This document shows positions 52,001 to 64,000 of a DNA stretch of 64,000 bases, piece after piece. Position 1 is the first letter of the stretch, and each line of letters opens with the position of its first letter. Made by a program: the position numbers and the translations under genes. Under the pieces are notes generated by a model. That model was given only the letters and a program-made list of their open reading frames with translations. It ran no database searches and was not told where the DNA came from. The stretch is from Octopus sinensis (Eukaryota): contig NC_043000.1 of assembly GCF_006345805.1 (NCBI RefSeq), forward strand, positions 147,622,001 through 147,686,000, given 5' to 3'.

Positions 52001-53623
52001 TCAGTATGCTTTTTTCTCAGCTGTTGTGTTAAATATTTGGGTTTAGTTGTATTTTTAAAAAAAAAAACTATCAGGTCTTTGAGTTGTGTTTTCATTTGCT
52101 TACAAATGTACAACACTTTAATAGAAAATTTGAGTGTTTTGTGCAAGTGCTTGAGATATATTAACAATTTAAGTGAACAATTTTTCACTTATTTTGGTCA
52201 TTGCTTCTGTTATTTGTGTGTGTGTGTGTGTGTACATACACACACATATCTTTTTCTTTTTACAGGTAAGTTAATTTAGTCAGGCATATGCAAAATATAC
52301 TCTATGTACAATTACGTATTTTTTTCTTAAATACCACACATTTTAACTATATATATATATATGTGTTTGCAGTGAATTATTTTTGCTGAACTTTCCAAAC
52401 TCTCACACTCTCTCTCTCAGCCTTCTGGTTGAAACATTACCATTGTACTTGTATTGTTTAGTACGAGGTTAACCCTGATTGAGCAGGCCTATGACCAAAG
52501 GCACTCCAATTTTGATAGCTCTCTCTTTTTTAATCTTTCTTTTCTGAAAGTGGACTACATTATCTAAAGTGCCCTTCCCTTTTGAGACAGTAAGGTGTTA
52601 TTTGAGTGAGATTTAGCAGGTCGAGTAATCGCACAGAAGATCCCTCATTCCCTCTTGTGGGTTCATTATATATGCTGGTGTTTGATAGAGCAAGTCTGTG
52701 GCACTTGTCTATTCTTCCTGCAATATTCATTTAGGATCTTACTCAGCAGTTTATTCATCTGTTATCTGTATATGTTGTATGCAGATGTCTTTTGTACACT
52801 TGTAACTTATTAAGCTAGCTAAAGATCTATTGAACTTTAGGCTGCTGCAGTGTTTGGTACCTCTCCAGGGCCGTGTTGCCATCAATTTGACACATCTACA
52901 TCCTGTATTGTAGTGATCCCAAATCAAGTTTGATGCTAGTTCTAATCATTTCCATATCTGTTATATAATTGTCTGCTTCAGAGAATAGCCTCTTAGCTAT
53001 TCCTGGTTGTTAAATAGGCCATAACATCATTGTTGAGACGTGTGTGTATATTTCTGCAGACATTATATAATGCAAAATGTTTGAAACAGTTTTGCTTGTC
53101 TCATAATTATTTTTTTTTTTAATTTACATTTCAGAAAAATTTCATGTTCATCATATTTATTCTTGACATCCCAGATGCTAGGCCTAATCACTAAAAATTG
53201 ACAGAGTATTTTCTACAATATCACTTGAAATATCCATCAAAATGCTTTAAGATCATCTTTTATGTTGTTATTGTTCTATTTTTGAACATTGGTGCAGTGT
53301 AAATTTTTTGGGTCATTGAGATTCTAGTTTTGATTCTTAAGAATGCTTTACATATTGACTCTGGAAGTACATAAAAACTTTTTTTTTTCTTTTACTCTGT
53401 AAATCCAGAAATTTATTGTAAAAAATTTACTTTTTTGATAAGAAAAGATTATCTTAATCTTCAAGGAGAATTATAAAGACCTGAATTGTTTTATGAAAAC
53501 GTTTTAGATTTTTCTTAAATTGATTTGATTCTTTAACTGTTTGTAGTTAAAGATTATAAATATACTTAAGAATGAGACAAAACATTTTCAAATTGATGTA
53601 GATACTTTTTTGTTTTTCTTCAG

Positions 53624-53700
53624 ATGGATTAGCAAAACCTACTAACCACTCAGATTCAATGCAATCAGCTATTGAAAACCCATCTTTAATGAATCATTAG
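53624..53700 (+). CDS. PIAS: Possible alternative terminal exon of PIAS (xGLAKPTNHSDSMQSAIENPSLMNH*)
   Basis: Strong acceptor (ttttttgtttttcttcag), 77 nt open in phase 1 to TAG. No homology recognised. Confidence 0.35.
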
Positions 53701-54871
53701 ATTAAAGTTAAACATATGGAATGGGAGTAAAACTTTTGATCCTGTTAAAATATTTTTACTGATAATTGTTCGAATGCTTTGGATGATGTTTAGAACATAT
53801 TTAAACCTATCGCAAGTAAATTTACAAAATAATTGAAGTGTTTTGAAGTTACTATTTTTACTATGTGTTACTACTAATAATTTCTCACATTTAATACTAA
53901 AGACTGCTTGTAAAAATATATGAAGGTAAGTTGCGAATGGAACATGAAATCCTTTTTCTTTTTGTCCTAGTACAGATGTTCTTTCATTATTACTATTATT
54001 ATTAAGTACTCGTACATACACATGCACACATACATATATTTATATGTGGTTAAGTTCTATAATTTTTTTTCTATCTGATTTGTCCATACTTAGATTGCTA
54101 TAAAGAACTGCAACATGTAATTTATTTTATAAGATTACTTATTTCTGTTGATATTTTATTAGGAATATGGTCGTGTTCTTGTGAAGATATTTCCCCCAGC
54201 CATTGAGATTCTTTCTCCACCATGTATTGCTTGTTTATAAGCTTATTGCAATAGGCATCCTTAAATAGTCTTATTACAAGGTCCTGTTACTGGTTTTTAT
54301 ATATTTTGCCCATTATAAAGAATGTTCTCATTGGAATGAACTAGATGTATCTATTTTCCATTAATTAAGATTTTTTTGCTTAAGCGATTCCTTAAACTTA
54401 TTAGGAATTGTATTTAAAAATTTCATTACTAATTGTGTGATTTGATATAAAAGCTAAGACAGAAGTTCTACAATTAGTGATGGGAATTTTGGGGGACCCC
54501 CCCCCCCAATCCTTAGTATTTGTTTGTTCTCTAGTTTCCTTACTATAAAATTACTAACAAAATCAATCCAGTTTTAGATCTGCCTTTTTTAAGGATTTTG
54601 TGTGATAGCTTTATAGCCAGATAATTAGTTTCTTTATTTTTATAGCAAAACATTTTATTAGTGTTCCATTTTTATATGATATGGTTAAACGTGACAATCC
54701 TGGGTAAATGGAAGAATAACTAAGGTAGGAATCATTTGAGAAGCTAATTTTCCATTGGGATTTAAATTTTAAAAATATGTAAGGATGAAGAAAATAAAAC
54801 CCTTAAGAAATTTTTTTTTTTTTTTATTATTGCTAATGTGTTTGTTTTGTCTCTTTCTTTATTTCTTACAG

Positions 54872-55158
54872 ATCATCAATTGCGACTTCAGTTAATTCAT
54901 CTCCTGCGTATTCCAACAATGTATATCTTCAGCAGCCTTCCCTTCCTGTTATCACCTCCAACAGTATTGCAGCAGTATTTGGCTCGCGGTCATCTCCTGT
55001 GTTGAAATCTGCACACTCATTGTACATAGCACCTACTCCAAACTTTGCTGAACTGTCAGCTAATGATATTTCTGAAAATTTTACAAAACTACCAGTTTTC
55101 CCTGGAGCCAATTCCAGTTCGGCAGCGGCAGCAGCAGCTTCAACACCAAACCCAAGGG
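54872..55158 (+). CDS. PIAS: PIAS long-isoform Ser/Pro/Ala-rich exon (SSIATSVNSSPAYSNNVYLQQPSLPVITS...AAAAAASTPNPR)
   Basis: Long pyrimidine tract + acag, 287 nt open, phase 2 in (fits GG|GT at 47519) and phase 1 out (G|GTAATG). Confidence 0.8.
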
Positions 55159-56068
55159 GTAATGAGATTCACTTTATATCTATCTGAATTCCTCTCAAAA
55201 TGGCAGAGAGATTTGAAACTACAATTGCTGGATGGCAGTAGCTCTGTGCATATAGGTATAAAACTAGTATACTATTTGGACAATAAAAAAAAAAAAATCA
55301 TTTTAACGACTCCAAATTTGGGTTGGCATCATCAAATATTCAGAGAGGACATAGACAGTCCTTGATACATCTTCATTAGTTTTTTTTTTTTTTCTTCCTT
55401 TTTTTTTCCTCCTTTCTTGTTACAATCATTTTGTCTGTCTTTGAGAGTTAAGGATAAATAGCTTAAACAGGTTTTCTCATTGTTTTCCCCCCATTAACTA
55501 TTTCTTGCTTTTAGTTAGCATAACTATTATTGTCTCTTTCGTTAAAGATTTCTGCTGAGAGTATGTGAATTATTCTTGCCTTTTTTTTTTGTTTTTGTTT
55601 TAAGTATTTTGATTAGTGTAATCTGGCTGCATAAAAGGTGTAGGCTTGATTAGATGGTATGGGCAATCATCTCTCAATTGTAATATAAATATTTATATGA
55701 ATGAATGTTTAGACTATTGTAAATAAGAATTAATGTATGAAACGTTAGAACTAAATTCCAGGTGGTGAAATCTGTTAAGATCAGAACATTTCAGCAATTA
55801 TTGATTGATAACTTAAATTTTCTGAAGAGATTAGCAGTTGCTTTCAAATCCCTCGGCTTAAAATTATTGAAGATCACACACACAATAAAAGCGAGTGTTT
55901 TTATATGCATCAAAACGCGAAAATTAACTTGGTAAAGGTTTGTGAGTTTAAAGTCTGATATCAAAAATATTTTGACTTTGAAGTTTCACAAGAAGTATGG
56001 CTTATTCGAACTGGGTTTGAATATGCCACACATCTAATAAAAGCTTTAATAGAAATTTATGTATACAG

Positions 56069-56230
56069 GGCGCAGGAGTGGCTGTGTGGTAAGTAGCTTG
56101 TTTACCAACCACATGGTTCCGGGTTCAGTCCCACTGTGTGGCATCTTGAGCAAGTGTCTTCTACTATAGCCTCGGGACGACCAAAGCCTTGTGAGTGGAT
56201 TTGGTAGACGGAAACTGAAAGAAGCCCGTC

Positions 56231-56265
<35 letters not shown>

Positions 56266-56470
56266 CGTGTGTGTGTTTGTCCCCCTAGCATTGCTTGACA
56301 ACCAATGCTGGTGTGTTTATGTCCCCGTCACTTAGTGGTTTGGCAAAAGAGACCGATAGAATAAGTACTGGGCTTACAAAAGAATAAGTCCCGGGGTCGA
56401 GTTGCTCGACTAAAGGCGGTGCTCCAGCATGGCCGCAGTCATATGACTGAAACAAGTAAGAGTAAAGAGT
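56069..56470 (+). mobile_element. SINE family A, full length
   Basis: Matches 38358-38730. Confidence 0.9.
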
Positions 56471-59055
56471 ATATGAAACAAATATATGTAACTAAATTAA
56501 TCCAGAATTTCAAGACAATAGGCATATGCAAAGTATTTTACTGAACTCTGAATATTGTTGTTTTCACAATGACAATTACTATATTTATTATATTTAGTGT
56601 TTTGTTACCTTCAGAAATTGATAGTTAGGGGTGAGACAGGTTTTAAGAGGGATTCAGTTTTCAGGGGTGTGGTTGTGTGCGAGTGTGTGCCTGTGGCTGT
56701 TTATTCATTTTAACACCAATAAATAAAATGTGGACCACAAAATTACCAGCAATCAGTTGGAAAATTTGTTTCTAGAATCCCCTTTTTCTTTCCCAGCCCC
56801 TTATTTTTCTTTAAATTTATATTTATTATTATTATTTTTTTTTTTTTTTAATAAAGACTTGTCTTGTGAAAAAAATGTGTTGAAGTTATTTATTTTCTTC
56901 TGCATCTTATTTACTTAATTTATAAATAAGTTCACATTGACACACAGCGACTTTAAAAGATGAATTAGTAGCAGGTTATGTGCATGATTGTTGTTCTTAT
57001 TTTTATTTATGTTTGATTGTTTACATTGATAATAGCCTAAGTCCTTTATAATCTGCCCTGTTTTTGAATGTGTATGTATGTGTGCATGATGCATGCATAC
57101 ATACATAGAAACATTTATGATGAGTTCATACAAAATAATGATATTGCAAAATGTATATTGAAAGATTATATTTTAAAAATCATATGAAGTTTATCAAAGA
57201 CTCACTATACATATTACAAAATTGTTTTTATTTGTTTTTAGTCTCTAATTTCTAATTATTAAACTCAAGCTAAGATTGCTATTAAAAAGATTTACTTAGC
57301 TTAAGTAACAGAAAATGCATACAACAAAAGAAAAATGTTCTACTTAAAACTTAAGCTATTTTTTTAAAACTAGCATTATTTCTCCTGTATAATAGAGATA
57401 TCAGGTTTGGATGCCATTTTGGGTATTTTTCCCTCTTTTTTCTTTTTTTTTTTTTCTGTGCCATAGTATTTTTGAACAAGCTGTTGTTTCAATTGTCTAC
57501 AAATAATGATGCAGCAAAATTTAGAGAGGAAAAAAAGCAGTTCTATTGCTTAGAAAACTAAGCAGAAAATATTTTTTTTACTTCATCTCATTTATTTATA
57601 TTTACATATATACATTAACATCCATAATTCTATTAAAATCTGAAACTCATTTCTTTTTTCTTTGCTTGTGTTATCTTATTCTACCCTTTAGGTTATTTCA
57701 AATATTCTGTAGTACTTCTGTTGAACATATATTAGTTATCATCCATTTCATCTTTCTCTGGAACAATCAAGGGTCAAAGCTGAAAAAATGCCCCGATTTC
57801 ATTGATTTAGTTTTCTCATTTCTAACAGATATGGTAAATTCATAGAAGGCTTGGCTATGGCAGCTGCTTGAGAATCTGATGTCATGTTGACTCTTGTCGT
57901 TGCATGTTGTGAAGTTCCACTGAGTGACAAGCAACATACATTCAAGTGAGTGGCCTGCTCTACTCTCAATTCCTTACATTTTGAAAACCGGCTGCAAAAT
58001 ATAAGAAAATAGAAAACTATAGCTATATATTTTATAATTTAGTATGCAAGTTTATTTACATACTCAATATGTTTTAAATTTTTTTTCTGCATTAACTCAG
58101 ATATTTTCTATTTCTTTTGAGAGTAAATCATTCCTTTGTGTCACACTGCTTTTTGTGTGTTTGCAAATATCATTATAAGCCTGTAGTTTCTTTGCACATT
58201 GATTTTTAATAAATGCATTGTAAACTATTCTTAAAATATATGCCTTACATATATTTGCATTAGTCAACAGTGATATTGGATCTTTAGTGAAAATCTGCAA
58301 CCAAAGAATATGCTGCTGCTTTCAACTCCTTCCCAGGTTCTTAGCTCAGAATATTTTCTAATTTTCATTATAATTTCACAATTTCTGCTCTTCATTTTCA
58401 GACTTTTTTTGGTATTATTATATTTCTATCAAATTCCATATATATATATATTGCCTACAAAAATTTATATCAGACTTGAATGTAGAATAATCAATTATTT
58501 TGTTTGAATTTCATGATTTTGTTCTTTTAAGGCACTAAATTTACTAATTATCTTTTGTGAGTTCTGTTTTTTAAAATTCTCCCCTATTTCAAATTTCAGA
58601 AGACATTTTAATAAAATTATGAAAAACAAAAACCTTAAAAAAATCAAAACTAATAAATCTAGAATTTATTGTATTTATTTTTTTAAAAATCACTGGAGTT
58701 TACTTGTTCATCTGGAGAATTTTGCACTAAAATGTTTATATTTTTGGAAACATCTGTTTAATACATGTATTTTGGTATCAGAATTCCTTTGTCAGTTTGA
58801 AGCCTTCTTGCTTACTCCTCTGACATTAGACAGTCATCTTTAAACAACACTTTAGGATTTAGGCTTAATACAAAAACACATAAATACTGCACTCAGTTAT
58901 TAACAATCTGAAAAGCAGCAGCTTGTTCAAATATTCTTAATCGTTCTTTTTCTTTTTACTATAGACTCTCAAGACATTTTTCAATATGTATCTTGTTTAA
59001 ATATTGTATTCTAGTTATTAATGCATGTGTGTGTGTGTTTCTTATCTTTCATCAG

Positions 59056-59105
59056 ATGTCTCCATGTACTCATTGCTATCACCAGAGGCCAGTGATGATA
59101 TGGAG
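59056..59105 (+). CDS. PIAS: PIAS long-isoform exon (DVSMYSLLSPEASDDME)
   Basis: ctttcatcag acceptor, consensus GAG|GTAAGT donor. Bridges phase 1 (55158) to phase 0 (60910) exactly. Confidence 0.78.
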
Positions 59106-60072
59106 GTAAGTGAAATGTTTGAATCATAGCAATGTGCATCATATTTTTTTTTTACCTTTTGCAACTGTGGATTTTGCAAGTTCACTTTGCAATCTGAATG
59201 TCTGGGTTCAATCCTACTGTGTGGCATTTTTTTACCATAGCCCCTAGGCAACCCAGGCTTTGAATTTGAGTACACAGAAACTAGTATGCCTTAATAGGCA
59301 TACTATGTTGAACTTATTCAAAGGTTCAGTTTTGTCATGCAGTTACTGCCTGCAGGTTACATTGAGTACCTGGTGTCTGTGGTATGCTCAACCACTTACG
59401 CTGTAATTCATTAAGTTGGTAGTTCTGTTGATTGAACAACAGGAATACTCAATCATTGAACCCAACAGAGAATCTATATCTACGTTATGTCAATGAATAA
59501 TTCTATTGTTTCTGTACTATTTATTCAAGTTTAGCTTTAATTTAAGCCAATCCACTTTTAATAGTTTATTCAGTCCCAATATTATGCTTGTGAGACTAGG
59601 CTTCAGTGTAGTTATGTACATAGTAGATAGGAAAATATTTCATCATAAGCAACTAATTTCTCTCTTGAAAATAAAGGGGTTATTCAGAAGGATTTGTTAA
59701 ATTCTAAATGAAATTCTGCTATCATAAATTGAATGAGACTTCATTCTTGGCAATGGGATCAGTGATATTTCATTACTCTCGTAAAAGCAATTGACAAATT
59801 TATATTGTATAGAAATTAATATTGTTGTTTGTTTATGCACCACTGCCTTATATAGCCCTCATTTTCAAGGCAAAGATTTGCTACTGTGCTGAATTTTTAT
59901 GCAAAGCGGGACACTACATGTGCCAGTAAATTATAATCACTCTAAGTGCCATTCCGTATTTAAATTATCATATATACAGAGAGAAAACACCAAGCTTATT
60001 TTAGTTGTTTCCCTTGGTTACTATGTATGTATGTACATATATATATGTGTGTATATATATATATATGTGTGT

Positions 60073-60106
<34 letters not shown>

Positions 60107-60540
60107 CATACACACATGGATACAAGTTATTTATGCTTCTAATTCACCTGTAATGGTGATTGAAATGGAAAATAAAGCAAAGGAACAAAAAACGGTAGCA
60201 GCAATCTGACTTGTCTCAAGAACATTTAGAGTCAAGAAGAGAAACTGACTGTATTCCATTGCCTCACAAGAGAAAGATCAGATGCAATCAAAAATGAATG
60301 AAATTCAGAAATGCCAAAATTAAATTCTGGAAAAAAACAAATTTAGAGGGCAAATATGTAAATTTAAAAATAAACATAGTTTTCTGTATTATATTTACCA
60401 TTATCATTTATCATACTAGCGCACCTTATGAGATCTTCTTCTATGATCTTAGATGCTTTGATTTTGTAGCATAGACAACTAGCCTTCATTCAATAGATTT
60501 AAATTATGAGATCACAATCCTACATTTGAATTGGGATATG

Positions 60541-60753
60541 TATTTCTTTATTACCCACAAGGGGATAAACAAGGACAGACAAGGGTATTAAGTCGATTGC
60601 ATCGACCCCAGTGCGTAACTGGTACTTATTTTATCGACCCCGAAAGGATGAAAGGCAAAGTCGATCTCGGCGGAATTTGAACTCAGAACGTAACAGCAGA
60701 CGAAATACGGCTACTCATTTCACCCGGCGTGCTAACGATTCTTCCATCTCGCC
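60541..60753 (-). mobile_element. SINE family C with 15-bp TSD
   Basis: Matches 14918-15145. TSD ttgaattgggatatg at 60526-60540 / 60782-60796. Confidence 0.88.
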
Positions 60754-60909
60754 ATCAATTCATTGACTTTTTTTTATTTTGTTGAATTGGGATATGGTCT
60801 CACAAAATCCTTAGGAACTTTTAATAGAACTGTATAGCATTTCCACAATGATCACTTTTTACATGCATTTTGAAAGAAAATGTTTTATTTTTCTGTTCTA
60901 TTTCTCTAG

Positions 60910-61182
60910 ATATCTAACTTGATTGGTATACCAGGCTACCCCCCTAACAGTAACATTGTATCCAGCATGAATAGCAGTAGTAGCTGCAGTAACAGCAGTA
61001 GTAGTATTAGCAGCAGCAGCAGCAATAGTAGCGGGTGTAAGAGCAGCAGCAGCATCAGTCATAGCCATCCACCCTTACCTACCACAGTTATGACCAACTC
61101 CATCGCTGTCACTACTTCATCTGACTGTTTGAATTCAAACCTCAACCAACTCAATCAACCTGATGTCATATCACTTGATTAA
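60910..61182 (+). CDS. PIAS: PIAS terminal exon, poly-Ser, ending NQPDVISLD* (C-terminal SIM)
   Basis: tttctctag acceptor, phase 0. PDVISLD matches the PDIISLD C-terminus of vertebrate PIAS1/PIAS2-beta. AATAAA at 61244. Confidence 0.88.
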   Translation: MSNLIGIPGYPPNSNIVSSMNSSSSCSNSSSSISSSSSNSSGCKSSSSISHSHPPLPTTVMTNSIAVTTSSDCLNSNLNQLNQPDVISLD

Positions 61183-63157
61183 AAACATCTTGATGCATCT
61201 CTCAAAGTATCAATATACACTCATAAATACTGATATGTTTGTAAATAAAGAGTACATTCAAACTTGTTTCACAGTTCACAAACTGTTTCTGTATACTGGT
61301 ACTATATACTAGCAAACCCACACACACACACGCAATATATTTGTGTGTGTATGTGTATGTTTTATATATGTATATATATATATATATATAAATGTCGAAC
61401 ATGTGCATATGTATAAAGATTTAGAAAACAACATTGACTGATTGCGCAAGGCAGCAACATTATATATACATATATATATATAGTGATTATTTATAACACT
61501 TGTCATTACTTTTTATAATATAAAGTTTTGAATTTTATCACAGCATCGTACAGTTGTCAGTGATGTAAAACTTAGTTGGTGGTTGCTTTAAGCCTTTTTA
61601 TACAATCATTTCTGTTCAAAATTTATTAGGCTAGTACTGCATACATTTGAATTGTAAAGCATTTTCATCCTCAAATAGGTATCAGGTACTATATTATTAG
61701 GATTCATTTGCAGTTAGATACTTAACTGTCTTACTTCAAAAATGTAAGTTATGAAAGAAAAAAAATATTTCTATTTTCATAAAATTGTTCAGAGATTCAA
61801 GTGTTTACGAATCTAAAGTATTTAAATAATGATTAACTATATTTATAGTAAACAAGCGATTAAGCTCATCTGATAAGTGTGATCTACATTTATTGCATAT
61901 GATTAAATATCCTTAAAAATCTAACATCAGGAAAATATATTTACATTAAAATCAATATTTATCATTTGATTTGTGTCAAAATTGGACTTAGCTGAATTTA
62001 GACATACCAACTATTGATTTGAAAAGAAAGTGTGAATCTTATAAATCAATTCATTGACTTCTTTTTTTTTTTTTGTTTAATTTTTCTAAACCTCTCTAAA
62101 GATGATATAAAAAATAATTCAATAATATTTCTGAATTAAATAATAAATACATAGATAGATTTGAAGACTTATTTTATTCAAACTATAAATATTAGGGAAG
62201 GAAATTAAGAAAACTTAACAAAAAACAAACTAATCACATATTGTAATTGTAAATTACTGTTGCTAATTGTTGATGTTTTCATAGGTATTTTACCTAAGAA
62301 TAAACTCTGGTTGTGATCCAATCATTTTCAGTGAGTGTGTGTGTGTGTGTGCGTGCATGCATGTGTGTGCATGTCTAATACCTTCACATTCTTATAAAAT
62401 TTTGTTTTGGGAAGGGGCTTAATGTTTATCACAAGATCCTGTGGAATCACATGCAGCAGAGTCTGATGTGGTTTCCTCCTATTTCATTCTATACCATGTC
62501 ATTTTACCATTGCAAATATTCTGATATGTTATTTACATCCGTTTGATGTTTTTGAATTTGATTTTCTTTATTTGTTCCCAACCATGAACCCGAATACTAT
62601 AAGTATAAATCACATTTCTTAAGCCACATTGACAAATGTAGATTATATTGAATTCTTGTTTAAAGGTACAATTCTTAACCTGGAGAAAATTTAAAGCATT
62701 CATTCAAGTGGCAAGATTGCTTTTAGGTTGAAAATTTATTTACATTGAATTCATTTTTTCTTGGTGTTGATTTTTTACACGACTAATTTTTTCTTAATAT
62801 ATAGGAAACAGGGTTAGATAGTAAACTGGTAAGGAAGGCATGCTGGATAAAAAAAAAGATTAAGAAACAGTGACTTGAAGCAACTAAAGTTTATTTCATT
62901 TATAATAATCTTTCTTGGACAAAGATGAAACCTGAGTGCAATGAACTTCATATTGTCCTGCAGTATTGCAATATTTTACAGTTGAAATGGCTGTAAAGAA
63001 CAAAACAAGTACCCAGCTCTCAGCGAGAATTTGTTAGAAACATATCAGTGGTGGTAAACTGTATCAATATATTGCTTATCTATAAGAAACATTATTTCCA
63101 ATTTTTCATGTCTCAGGGGCATTACCAGGCTTGAGAACTGATTTGGTTATTGTTTAA

Positions 63158-63306
63158 CCCTTTTGTAGGGTTCTGTAGTACAAATGTCTTGTTTTCATAA
63201 GTTTTTCACTAGCTTAATGATAAATTATTTTACTAAATTCTTTGTTATATTTAAAATAATTGAAAGAAACACAGAGCATCTCAAAATAAATACAGTAACG
63301 AAAGGG
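63158..63306. mobile_element. piggyBac-type MITE family 2, deleted
   Basis: TTAA|CCCTTT ... CAGTAACGAAAGGG|TTAA; reverse-complement match to 35357-35440. Confidence 0.75.
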
Positions 63307-63820
63307 TTAAATAAATAAATTATAGTTGGTTTATTTAGTATAGTTACAGAACTGTATAGGAGTTGCAAGGATGACTAGTTTAAAGTTAATGAAAAAGGAA
63401 ACGAAGTCGAGTGCTAATATTAATCTAGCTGTTATTATCTACAATTTTAGGTGTTTTTGTTACTATACACTTCATCCTACTTGAATATTGACAAAATATA
63501 AAATACATATCCATTTAGATAAGCTAATAGTAACTTGACAGCTGCTATCACTAACATCCCCCCTCATGACAACCACCTCTTTTTGAAACCAATAAATATG
63601 CTTTACTAACATTTAGACTACATCACTAACTTCATACTCCTTAAGTTCATAATCAAATTACACTATCATTGGATGGTATACAAATTGGAATAAAAACGAT
63701 TTAATTAGAAATATATTCCTATTTGAATTTAATCAGAGATTTCTTTATTTTCTGTTTATCATTTGAATCCTTCAGGTCTAGACATAGTAAAATGGCTTCC
63801 ATGAAATGGCAAACATTTAA

Positions 63821-64000
63821 CCCTTTAGCATTTAAATTGGCCATATCCGGCCAAAAGTATTCTGCCTGTTTTATGGTCAAACTGGCCAGATCTGGTCTCT
63901 CACACTAACCCTACAATATCATTTTAAAAATTACAGGTACCTCATCAAAATCTCATAGATTCAAGATAATGCATGATTAGTTCAAAACAATTTAGATAAA
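63821..64000. mobile_element. piggyBac-type MITE family 1, cut by the window end
   Basis: TTAA|CCCTTTAG, colinear with 19463-19640. Confidence 0.75.

Noticed and set aside
59282-59305. Short palindrome TAGTATGCCT-TAAT-AGGCATACTA
   Set aside because: 10-bp arms at a junction between decayed repeats; no supporting context.

Overview
AT-rich, microsatellite- and SINE-dense animal genomic DNA, not prokaryotic. The SINE families and the 5S rRNA sequence suggest a coleoid cephalopod, probably Octopus (inference). The main feature is a spliced + strand PIAS-family SUMO E3 ligase gene that I assembled by hand with continuous GT-AG phase. It runs from a candidate first exon at 24930 through the PINIT, SP-RING and SIM exons (29282-47576) to a distal last exon ending ...PDVISLD* at 61182. 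I found no SAP-domain exon in the window. A CpG-rich island (~23.4-28.7 kb) instead holds a phase-compatible ATG exon, which suggests an internal promoter making a SAP-less PIAS. The SIM exon can read through to a stop or splice at three tandem GT donors in three different phases, each matching a different downstream exon. The introns carry tRNA-headed SINEs (several in inverted pairs), RTE and CR1/L2 LINE ends with target-site duplications (TSDs), a Helitron, a mariner remnant, piggyBac-type MITEs, foldback elements, and a 5S rRNA copy fused to a SINE tail. Most ORF-track entries are repeat artefacts.
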